38,555 nt of DNA from a virus. Taxonomy: Duplodnaviria > Heunggongvirae > Uroviricota > Caudoviricetes. The stretch lies in IMG/VR virus record IMGVR_UViG_2537562091_000004; one strand, written 5' to 3'. The position numbers were made by a program, and so were the translations under genes. Positions 1 to 7,114 of the stretch are shown piece by piece; the stretch's first letter is position 1; every line of letters starts with the position of its first letter. Under the pieces are notes generated by a model. It was not told the DNA's origin. It searched no databases and saw only the letters and a program-made list of their open reading frames with translations.

Positions 1-438
1 AGGCCGCAGTCGGTAACCTCGCGCATACAGCCGGGCAGTGACGTCATCGTCTGCGCGGAAATGGACGAACAGTGGGGCTATGTCGGGGCTAAATCGCGCC
101 AGCGCTGGCTGTTTTACGCGTATGACAGGCTCCGGAAGACGGTTGTTGCGCACGTATTCGGTGAACGCACTATGGCGACGCTGGGGCGTCTTATGAGCCT
201 GCTGTCACCCTTTGACGTGGTGATATGGATGACGGATGGCTGGCCGCTGTATGAATCCCGCCTGAAGGGAAAGCTGCACGTAATCAGCAAGCGATATACG
301 CAGCGAATTGAGCGGCATAACCTGAATCTGAGGCAGCACCTGGCACGGCTGGGACGGAAGTCGCTGTCGTTCTCAAAATCGGTGGAGCTGCATGACAAAG
401 TCATCGGGCATTATCTGAACATAAAACACTATCAATAA
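1..438 (+). CDS. insB: IS1 transposase InsB reading frame, 5'-truncated by the window edge
   Basis: Translation ...[36 protein letters not shown]...HYLNIKHYQ is colinear with IS1 InsB from memory; frame is open from position 1. Confidence 0.85.
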   Translation, partial: RPQSVTSRIQPGSDVIVCAEMDEQWGYVGAKSRQRWLFYAYDRLRKTVVAHVFGERTMATLGRLMSLLSPFDVVIWMTDGWPLYESRLKGKLHVISKRYTQRIERHNLNLRQHLARLGRKSLSFSKSVELHDKVIGHYLNIKHYQ

Positions 439-453
439 GTTGGAGTCATTACC
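1..453 (+). mobile_element. IS1-family insertion sequence, 3' portion (5' part lies outside the window); terminal inverted repeat at about 431-453
   Basis: InsB-frame ORF runs open from base 1; the terminal sequence atcaataagttggagtcattacc matches the IS1 end as I recall it. Confidence 0.85.
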
Positions 454-461
454 AAATATTT

Positions 462-1127
462 ATGACTATTGCTGATTTCAAACGGCCTAAATTGGAGCTC
501 CCAAACGGGGCAAACAAACTACTACTGCACTCTTGCTGTGCTCCATGTTCCGGTGAAGTGATGGAGGCGCTTCAGGCCTCGGGAATCGACTACACCATCT
601 TTTTCTACAACCCGAACATTCATCCTCAGAAAGAGTATTTAATTCGTAAGGATGAAAATATTCGCTTTGCTGAACAACACGGCGTGCCGTTTATCGATGC
701 TGATTACGACACCGACAACTGGTTTGAACGTGCCAAAGGAATGGAATGGGAGCCTGAGAGGGGGATCCGTTGTACCATGTGTTTTGACATGCGTTTTGAG
801 CGGACAGCGTTGTACGCTGCTGAAAATGGTTTCAGTGTGATCAGCAGTTCACTGGGCATTTCACGCTGGAAAAATATGCAGCAGGTTAACGAGTGTGGGC
901 GGCGAGCTGTTGCGCATTATCCGGGTATGGTGTACTGGGATTATAACTGGCGCAAGCAGGGCGGCTCGTCCCGTATGATTGAAATCAGCAAGCGCGAAAA
1001 ATTCTATCAGCAGGAATATTGTGGCTGTGTGTATTCTCTGCGCGATACCAATCTACACCGCAAATCTCAGGGACGCCCTCTTATCAAAATTGGCCAACTC
1101 CACTACGGAAAAGAAGAGAAGGAGTGA
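462..1127 (+). CDS. DUF208/QueH-like putative epoxyqueuosine reductase (tRNA queuosine pathway), Cys-rich
   Basis: 221 aa ORF with N-terminal HSCCAPCS motif, CTMCFD and a C-terminal YCGCVYS cysteine cluster, as I recall for QueH; starts 8 bp after the IS1 end with no clear SD. Confidence 0.5.
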   Translation: MTIADFKRPKLELPNGANKLLLHSCCAPCSGEVMEALQASGIDYTIFFYNPNIHPQKEYLIRKDENIRFAEQHGVPFIDADYDTDNWFERAKGMEWEPERGIRCTMCFDMRFERTALYAAENGFSVISSSLGISRWKNMQQVNECGRRAVAHYPGMVYWDYNWRKQGGSSRMIEISKREKFYQQEYCGCVYSLRDTNLHRKSQGRPLIKIGQLHYGKEEKE

Positions 1128-1159
1128 TTTTATGGATCACCTTTCTGATTGATTTCATA

Positions 1160-1188
1160 TTGGCGAGGTGACGTGAGTTAAGTAGAAT
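1160..1188 (+). promoter_or_regulatory. Candidate sigma70 promoter upstream of hok (TTGGCG-17-TAGAAT)
   Basis: Hexamers at 1160-1165 and 1183-1188 with a 17 nt spacer; motif match only. Confidence 0.3.
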
Positions 1189-1364
1189 GGCTGCGGGTGC
1201 TTGAGGCTATCTGTCTCAGGCATGAACACTGAAAGGCAGATAGAGAAAAGCCCCAGTTAACATTTCGCGTCCTGCAAGACGCTTAACATTAATCTGAGGC
1301 CCAATCTATGTCTCACAAATGTAGGTTAGCCTCTTACGTGCCGAAAGGCAAGGGGAAGCAGGCT

Positions 1365-1520
1365 ATGAAGCAGCAAAAGGCGATGTTAATCGCCCTGATC
1401 GTCATCTGTTTAACCGTCATAGTGACGGCACTGGTAACGAGGAAAGACCTCTGCGAGGTACGACTCCGAACCGGCCAGACGGAGGTCGCTGTCTTCACAG
1501 CTTACGAACCTGAGGAGTAA
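1365..1520 (+). CDS. hokD: Hok/Gef-family type I toxin (small membrane peptide), HokD/RelF-like
   Basis: MKQQKAMLIALIVICLTVIVTALVTRKDLCEVRLRTGQTEVAVFTAYEPEE is near-identical to Hok/Gef peptides as I remember them; the ORF-track start at 1308 is an in-frame upstream extension. Confidence 0.8.
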   Translation: MKQQKAMLIALIVICLTVIVTALVTRKDLCEVRLRTGQTEVAVFTAYEPEE

Positions 1521-1589
1521 GAGACCTGGCGGGGGAGAAATCCCTCGCCACCTCTGATGTGTCAGGCATCCTCAACGCACCCGCACTTA

Positions 1590-1617
1590 ACCCGGTTCGG
1601 CGGGTTTTGTTTTTTTC
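1590..1617 (+). terminator. Putative intrinsic terminator downstream of hok
   Basis: acccg-gttcgg-cgggt stem-loop followed by tttgttttttt. Confidence 0.4.
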
Positions 1618-1687
1618 TGGCATTCTGGTTTACAATTCGCACGTCAGCCTGAACACCTGACACCTGCTGCGCCAGCAGAGAAAACAG

Positions 1688-1960
1688 ATGGTGCACAAAA
1701 CCAAATTTCACAATTCTGATACCGACCTTGCCATCCGGCATGGGCGGCGTTCACACGCATTTAAAACCGACTGGTACCAACACCCACCATGTACTGAAGA
1801 ACAGGCCGAATGGCTAATTCATAACTACCGCAGACGCGGATACGAGATTAAGAAAGCCCTCAGCCTCGATTATCGTCACTGGATAATCTCCGTCAGGCTT
1901 CCTTACTCTGAACGCCCACCGCGTCCGTCCCGCACATTCCAGCAACGCATCTGGAGGTAA
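1688..1960 (+). CDS. Hypothetical nin-region protein (occupies the position of Qin rem)
   Basis: 90 aa ORF, stop 1 nt before the next gene start (tightly coupled); no motif recognised. Confidence 0.45.
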   Translation: MVHKTKFHNSDTDLAIRHGRRSHAFKTDWYQHPPCTEEQAEWLIHNYRRRGYEIKKALSLDYRHWIISVRLPYSERPPRPSRTFQQRIWR

Positions 1961-1961
1961 C

Positions 1962-3017
1962 GTGCGGGTATTACTTCGACCTGTTCTGGTACCGGAACTC
2001 GGGCTGGTGATCGTTAAGCCGGGCCGTGAATCCATGCCGGTATTCCACAATACCCGGGTACTGGTGGAGCCGGAACCGAAAAGCATGCGTAATCTGCCGT
2101 CCGGGGTCGTTCCTGCCGTTCGCCAGCCGCTGGCGGAGGATAAATCATTACTGCCATTTTTCAGCGACGAACGAGTGATTCGTGCTGCTGGTGGCGCTGG
2201 CGCATTGTCTGACTGGTTACTGCGCCATGTTAAATCCTGCCAGTGGCCACACGGCGATTATCACCACAGTGAAACCGTCATTCACCGTTATGGTACCGGC
2301 GCAATGGTGTTGTGCTGGCACTGCGACAACCAGCTGCGCGACCAGACCTCCGAATCACTCGGGCAACTTGCTCACCAAAACCTGTTTGCATGGATGATTG
2401 ACGTCATACGCCATGCAATGAATGGCTCGCAGGAACGGGAATTATCGCTGGCTGAATTATCCTGGTGGGCGGTCCGCAATCAGGTGGCGGACGCGCTACC
2501 GGAAGCGGTATTACGTCGTTCGCTGGGGTTGCGTGCGGAAAAAATCCGCTCAATGTACCGTGAAAGCGACATCGTACCGGGAGAGCAGACCGCCACCAGC
2601 ATACTGAAGCAGCGCACAAAAAATCTTGCGCCGCTGCCTCACGCCCACCAGCAAAACCCGCCACAGGAAAAGACGGTGGTCAGCATTGCCGTTGATCCGG
2701 AGTCACCGGCTCAGTATCTCCAGCGCCAGAAATCACAACGGGAAGAGATGCCTGTATACACGCGTTGGGTAAAAACGCAGAAATGCATGACGTGTGGCAA
2801 TCAGGCAGATGATCCGCATCACATCATTGGTCATGGACTGGGAGGGATGGGAACAAAGGCTGATGATTTGTTTGTTATTCCGCTGTGCCGTAAATGCCAT
2901 AGCGAACTACACGCCGGGGTAAAAGATTTTGAAGAAAAACACGGCAGCCAGCTGTTGTTGCTGATTCGTTTTTTAATGCACGCGAGAAATTCGGGTGTTT
3001 TGAAGTGGAAAGCATAA
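1962..3017 (+). CDS. YdfU-like (DUF968) prophage protein with C-terminal Cys/His zinc-ribbon or HNH-like motif
   Basis: 351 aa; GTG start after a GGAGG SD; C-terminus CMTCGNQADDPHHIIGHGLGG...CRKCHSELH; size and position match Qin ydfU. Confidence 0.55.
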   Translation: MRVLLRPVLVPELGLVIVKPGRESMPVFHNTRVLVEPEPKSMRNLPSGVVPAVRQPLAEDKSLLPFFSDERVIRAAGGAGALSDWLLRHVKSCQWPHGDYHHSETVIHRYGTGAMVLCWHCDNQLRDQTSESLGQLAHQNLFAWMIDVIRHAMNGSQERELSLAELSWWAVRNQVADALPEAVLRRSLGLRAEKIRSMYRESDIVPGEQTATSILKQRTKNLAPLPHAHQQNPPQEKTVVSIAVDPESPAQYLQRQKSQREEMPVYTRWVKTQKCMTCGNQADDPHHIIGHGLGGMGTKADDLFVIPLCRKCHSELHAGVKDFEEKHGSQLLLLIRFLMHARNSGVLKWKA

Positions 3018-3398
3018 ATGACTGAACGCATAGAATTTGTTTTGCCTTACCCGCCAACGGTGAACACTTACTGGCGTCGTCGTGGCAGCACATATTTTGT
3101 ATCAAAAGCCGGGGAGCGTTATCGCCGGGCAGTGGCGCTTATTGTTCGCCAGCAGCGGCTGAAATTAAGCCTGTCCGGAAGGTTGGCAATAAAAATTATT
3201 GCAGAACCACCGGATAAGCGCCGCCGTGACCTGGACAATATTCTGAAAGCGCCGCTGGATGCGCTGACGCATGCGGGGTTGCTAATGGACGATGAGCAGT
3301 TTGATGAAATCAATATCGTTCGTGCTCAGCCAGTATCTGGTGGACGTCTGGGGGTGAAGATTTACCCCATAATGCTTGAAGGGCAGGTCAAAAAATGA
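3018..3398 (+). CDS. rusA: RusA-family Holliday junction resolvase
   Basis: 126 aa; LPYPPTVNTYWRRRG...DKRRRDLDNILKAPLDALTHAGLLMDD matches RusA motifs including the catalytic RRRDLDN block. Confidence 0.85.
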   Translation: MTERIEFVLPYPPTVNTYWRRRGSTYFVSKAGERYRRAVALIVRQQRLKLSLSGRLAIKIIAEPPDKRRRDLDNILKAPLDALTHAGLLMDDEQFDEINIVRAQPVSGGRLGVKIYPIMLEGQVKK

Positions 3399-4216
3399 AA
3401 CTGGAAGATTTACCGAAATACTACTCCCCAAAATCCCCCGGCCTGACTGATGCATCGGCCTCAACGTCGAAAGATGCGCTGAGTATCACTGATGTGATGG
3501 CCGCGCAGGGCATGACACAGAATCGGGCTGAGATGGGGTTTTCTGCGTTCCTTGGGAAAATGGGCATTAGTATGAATGACAGAGAGCGGGCAACAGAATT
3601 GCTGACAGAATATGCACTCAGTCGGTGTGATCGCGTGGCGGCGTTAAGAAAACTCCCGGCAGAAATAAAACCGGTAGTGATGCGCATTATGGCTTCGTAC
3701 GCTTTTGAGGATTATGCCCGCAGCGCAGCGAGTAAAAAGCAGTGCCCTTGTTGCTATGGGGAAAAATTTATTGAAAGCGTAGTTTTTACAAACAAGGTCC
3801 AGTATCCGGATGGTAAGCCGCCGGTATGGGCAAAGTGTACGAAAGGTGTGTATCCGTCTTACTGGGAAGAATGGAAAAAAGTCAGGGAGGTGGTAAAAGT
3901 TGCCTGTCCGGAGTGTGGCGGAAAGGGTGAGGTTTCCACCGCCTGTAAGGATTGCCGTGGGCGTGGTGTCGCCATTCATCGTGAAGAGTCGGTAAAACGT
4001 GGTATGCCTGTTATCAGAGACTGCCAGCGTTGTGGTGGTCGTGGCTGTGAAAGACTACCATCAACGGAGGCATTTAATGCCATATGCAAAGTGACGAGTG
4101 CTATCACGCTTGATACGTGGAAAAAATCAGTGAAACGCTTTTACGATACGTTGGTGGTTCGGTTTGACATTGAAGAGGCATGGGCGGAGCGGCAGTTAAA
4201 GAGGGTAACGCGATAG
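3395..4216 (+). CDS. Late-gene antiterminator Q (Qin/82-type, zinc-finger containing)
   Basis: 273 aa with CPECGGKG...CKDCRGRG...CQRCGGRG Cys clusters; ATGA overlap with rusA; immediately upstream of a promoter plus short-transcript terminator, as for Q/pR'/tR'. Confidence 0.65.
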   Translation: MKLEDLPKYYSPKSPGLTDASASTSKDALSITDVMAAQGMTQNRAEMGFSAFLGKMGISMNDRERATELLTEYALSRCDRVAALRKLPAEIKPVVMRIMASYAFEDYARSAASKKQCPCCYGEKFIESVVFTNKVQYPDGKPPVWAKCTKGVYPSYWEEWKKVREVVKVACPECGGKGEVSTACKDCRGRGVAIHREESVKRGMPVIRDCQRCGGRGCERLPSTEAFNAICKVTSAITLDTWKKSVKRFYDTLVVRFDIEEAWAERQLKRVTR

Positions 4217-4221
4217 TGTTG

Positions 4222-4249
4222 TTGATTTTTCCCGAATCTGTGGTAAATT
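4222..4249 (+). promoter_or_regulatory. Candidate late promoter pR' (TTGATT-16-TAAATT), probably with the Q-utilisation site
   Basis: Hexamers at 4222-4227 and 4244-4249, just after Q and about 50-75 nt before a strong terminator. Confidence 0.45.
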
Positions 4250-4298
4250 TGCTCTAACGATGGGCGTTTTATGCCTGGCGTTAGAAGATTTTTTACAC

Positions 4299-4320
4299 CC
4301 CGCCGCCTGGCGGGTTTTTT
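4299..4320 (+). terminator. Intrinsic terminator, tR'-like (ends a short 6S-like late leader transcript)
   Basis: cccgcc-gcct-ggcggg hairpin followed by tttttt. Confidence 0.7.
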
Positions 4321-4442
4321 ATGACTGAAATCGCGTCAGTACAGTAAACGCGCTGGTGGCGGTGAATACCTGTCTTTCAGCTTGCTGGCTTTTTCGACAA
4401 GAGTTATTGGTGTGTCACGTTAACCGGAAAAGGGAAAAAGAC

Positions 4443-4640
4443 ATGCTAAAACAGCAGGATATGACAGAAACCGCCAGAGTAGTGTTTAATGAATTAAGCG
4501 TTACCGAACCGGCGACAGTCGGGGAGATTGCACAGAATACTTACCTTTCACGCGAACGCTGCCAGTTAATACTGACCCAGCTGGTTATGGCGGGTCTGGC
4601 AGACTATCAGTTCGGTTGTTACAGACGCCTTCCGCAGTGA
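4443..4640 (+). CDS. Small hypothetical protein, possible winged-helix DNA-binding fold
   Basis: 65 aa from the internal ATG at 4443 (MLKQQDMTETARVV...TVGEIAQNTYLSRERCQLILTQLVMAGL); first ORF after tR'. Confidence 0.4.
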   Translation: MLKQQDMTETARVVFNELSVTEPATVGEIAQNTYLSRERCQLILTQLVMAGLADYQFGCYRRLPQ

Positions 4641-4651
4641 AGGCTTTTTTA
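4627..4651 (+). terminator. Intrinsic terminator overlapping the stop codon of the small ORF
   Basis: gccttc-cgcagt-gaaggc hairpin followed by ttttttatttg. Confidence 0.55.
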
Positions 4652-4790
4652 TTTGTGGTAAATGGGCGGCTGGTGGGTGTTAGGGGCACCCACCAGCCAT
4701 CTGCTCATGCGTTGGGTTCACAAGCAAACCTCAGGCCCACTGCTTTGCGCAAAAGCAGAATGAGCCTATCAGAGACAGGCTTAATGATCC

Positions 4791-5840
4791 ATGCTTAATA
4801 CTGTAAAAATATCCAGTTGTGAGTTAATCAACGCCGACTGCCTGGAATTTATCCGGTCGTTACCCGAAAATTCTGTTGACCTGATAGTCACGGACCCGCC
4901 GTACTTTAAAGTGAAGCCTGAGGGCTGGGATAACCAGTGGAAGGGCGACGATGATTACCTGAAGTGGCTGGACCAGTGTCTGGCGCAGTTCTGGCGGGTG
5001 CTGAAACCTGCCGGAAGTCTTTACCTGTTCTGTGGTCATCGCCTGGCATCTGATATCGAAATCATGATGCGTGAACGCTTCAGTGTGCTGAACCATATTA
5101 TCTGGGCGAAGCCGTCCGGACGCTGGAACGGATGCAACAAGGAAAGCCTGCGGGCGTATTTCCCCGCCACAGAGCGCATTCTGTTCGCGGAACATTATCA
5201 GGGGCCGTATCGTCCGAAAGATGCCAGGTATGCGGCGAAGGGCAGTGCACTGAAACAGCATGTGATGGCCCCGCTGATTTCTTACTTTCGTGATGCGCGC
5301 GCGGCCCTGGGGATAACGGCAAAACAGATTGCAGATGCCACAGGAAAGAAAAACATGGTGTCGCACTGGTTCAGTGCCAGTCAGTGGCAGCTACCGAACG
5401 AAAGCGATTATCTGAAATTACAGTCGCTGTTTGCCCGGGTGGCAGAAGAGAAACATCAGCGCGGTGAACTGGAAAAGCCCCACCACCAGCTGGTTGATAC
5501 GTATACGTCACTGAACCGGCAGTATGTGGAGCTGCAGAGTGAATATAAGCATCTGCGGCGGTATTTTGGTGTGACGGCGCAGGTGCCGTACACGGATGTG
5601 TGGACACATAAACCGGTGCAGTTCTATCCCGGGAAACATCCGTGCGAAAAACCGGCAGAAATGCTGCAGCAGATAATCAGCGCAAGCAGTCGTCCGGGTG
5701 ACCTGGTTGCAGATTTTTTTATGGGCTCAGGTTCAACGGTAAAAGCGGCACTGGCGCTCGGGCGTCGTGCGATTGGCGTTGAACTGGAGACCGGACGTTT
5801 TGAGCAGACAGTCAGGGAAGTTCAGGATTTAATCGTTTGA
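4791..5840 (+). CDS. DNA methyltransferase, amino-MTase (N6-adenine or N4-cytosine) with DPPY motif IV and C-terminal FxGxG SAM motif
   Basis: 349 aa; LIVTDPPYF near the N-terminus, DFFMGSGST near the C-terminus (beta-class motif order), with a long insertion between. Confidence 0.85.
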   Translation: MLNTVKISSCELINADCLEFIRSLPENSVDLIVTDPPYFKVKPEGWDNQWKGDDDYLKWLDQCLAQFWRVLKPAGSLYLFCGHRLASDIEIMMRERFSVLNHIIWAKPSGRWNGCNKESLRAYFPATERILFAEHYQGPYRPKDARYAAKGSALKQHVMAPLISYFRDARAALGITAKQIADATGKKNMVSHWFSASQWQLPNESDYLKLQSLFARVAEEKHQRGELEKPHHQLVDTYTSLNRQYVELQSEYKHLRRYFGVTAQVPYTDVWTHKPVQFYPGKHPCEKPAEMLQQIISASSRPGDLVADFFMGSGSTVKAALALGRRAIGVELETGRFEQTVREVQDLIV

Positions 5841-5889
5841 AACGGATGAGATTGCAGAATTAATTACGCACCATTATTATTCTGCTCCC

Positions 5890-5965
5890 GGCCCTTTAGC
5901 TCAGTGGTGAGAGCGAGCGACTCATAATCGCCAGGTCGCTGGTTCAAATCCAGCAAGGGCCACCA
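5890..5965 (+). tRNA. ileZ: tRNA with CAU anticodon (tRNA-Ile2/Met type, like phage ileZ), CCA encoded
   Basis: Cloverleaf folded by hand: acceptor ggccctt/aagggcc, D-arm gctc/gagc, anticodon loop ctCATaa, T-arm ggttcaaatcc. Confidence 0.85.
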
Positions 5966-5972
5966 TCACATA

Positions 5973-6049
5973 CCGCCATTAGCTCATCAGGAAAGAGCGC
6001 CAGCCTTCGAAGCTGGTTGCGCGGAGTTCGGGTCCCCGAAGGCGGTCCA
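5973..6049 (+). tRNA. tRNA-Arg(UCG)-like; imperfect acceptor and T stems, possibly degenerate
   Basis: Anticodon stem ccagc/gctgg with loop ctTCGaa; T-loop ttcgggt; one mismatch each in the acceptor and T stems when folded by hand. Confidence 0.5.
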
Positions 6050-6062
6050 TTATCTGTATCCT

Positions 6063-6139
6063 GCGTTGTTAGCTCAGCCGGACAGAGCAATTGCCTTCTA
6101 AGCAATCGGTCACTGGTTCGAATCCAGTACAACGCGCCA
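6063..6139 (+). tRNA. tRNA-Arg (UCU anticodon), CCA encoded
   Basis: Acceptor gcgttgt/acaacgc, D-arm gctc/gagc, anticodon stem attgc/gcaat with loop ctTCTaa, T-arm actgg-ttcgaat-ccagt. Confidence 0.85.
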
Positions 6140-6154
6140 CACTTATTTTCCCTG

Positions 6155-6178
6155 GCTCGCTTTTGCGGGCTTTTTTTT
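6155..6178 (+). terminator. Intrinsic terminator after the tRNA cluster
   Basis: gctcgc-tttt-gcgggc hairpin followed by tttttttt. Confidence 0.55.
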
Positions 6179-6184
6179 AAATGT

Positions 6185-6397
6185 CTCACAATTCAGGCGG
6201 TTGACTGTTGTCTGGTTTGCGGGGAGTTTGTTAAAAGAAACTGGCATGGTGAATCCCCCTGTGCGGAGGGGCAATCAGCGAGTAGGTATATGGGATAATC
6301 GCGGATTCAGGTGCTGGTACTGAATTCACCGGGAGGCACCCGGCACCATGCAATGGCACATAGCGCCACTCTCCAGCCCCTCTCCGGAGGGGCTTTT
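6185..6397 (+). repeat. Copy 1 of a diverged tandem structured element of about 215-230 bp (candidate sRNA unit) ending in an intrinsic terminator
   Basis: Shares with copy 2: ctcacaattcag, TTGAC box, gcatggtgaatccccctg.gcggaggggc, caccgggaggcacccggcaccatg, and terminator gcccctc-tccg-gaggggc + tttt (6376-6397). Confidence 0.5.
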
Positions 6398-6588
6398 CTG
6401 TGCCGGATACATCACAGTTTCTGGAACCTTAGGTACTACAGTATCAGTCAGGGTGCTATATTTTCAGATGTGATGAAAGCCTGTCAGCAGGCAGGGCGTA
6501 TCGGAAATGACCCAGTAGAGAAAACGTTGACTCAGATACCGGTGCTGAGTTACCGGGAAACCGGCATCACATGACCGCTATCCTTCCA

Positions 6589-6615
6589 GGCCCATCCGCT
6601 CCGGTGGGCCTTTTT
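6589..6615 (+). terminator. Intrinsic terminator between the two repeat copies
   Basis: ggccca(t)ccg-ctc-cggtgggcc hairpin followed by ttttt. Confidence 0.5.
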
Positions 6616-6652
6616 ACTGCAGAAAACAGGTTCCCCGTTAAATGCTATGTTG

Positions 6653-6883
6653 CTCACAATTCAGTAAGTTGACAGTTGCCTGTCAGACTGGGCATTTGTT
6701 AAAAAAATTTCGCATGGTGAATCCCCCTGAGCGGAGGGGCGACTGGTGACGGTATAATCTCTGATTATCAAAACGAGAATGACGCGGGTTTAGTGGCACC
6801 GGGCTGAACTCACCGGGAGGCACCCGGCACCATGTGCATGATGATACAGATACGCGGCTTTAGCCCCTCTCCGGAGGGGCTTT
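6653..6883 (+). repeat. Copy 2 of the tandem structured element (candidate sRNA unit) with an internal TATAAT box and terminal terminator
   Basis: Same conserved blocks as copy 1; perfect TATAAT inside the unit; terminator gcccctc-tccg-gaggggc + ttt at 6863-6883. Confidence 0.5.
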
Positions 6884-6892
6884 CTTATGGAC

Positions 6893-6921
6893 AAAAAAAG
6901 CCCGCGCTGGGAGACGCGGGC
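6893..6921 (-). terminator. Intrinsic terminator readable only on the minus strand (possible end of a small leftward RNA)
   Basis: Minus strand reads gcccgcg-tctcccag-cgcgggc followed by ttttttt; the + strand has an A-run before the hairpin and no T-run after. Confidence 0.5.
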
Positions 6922-7114
6922 GGCAAGGAATAAACAATAAAACGTGAAGTAATATTTCAGCTGGCGAATAATACCCCATAGTAATCACTCTGCGCAACTG
7001 CGCGGTCTTTTTCGAATTGCGGGCTGTAGTCTCCCTTCTGCCATTGTCCTGTAACTTCCGGACTTCAGCCTGCTCCTTATCTGACTCACAACATTATCCC
7101 GCCCGGGAGGATTC

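Noticed and set aside
1308-1364. N-terminal extension of the hok ORF (MSHKCRLASYVPKGKGKQA...)
   Set aside because: Hok-family toxins are about 50 aa and similarity starts at the internal Met at 1365; the extension may only reflect an open leader, although a Mok-like role cannot be excluded.
6140-7114. Looked for Shiga toxin genes (stxA/stxB) at the canonical site between the phage tRNAs and the nanS-like gene
   Set aside because: No ORF of suitable size or composition; the only ORFs (6017..6298, 6311..6574) run across tRNA genes and terminators and are spurious. The region is non-coding with repeats and terminators.
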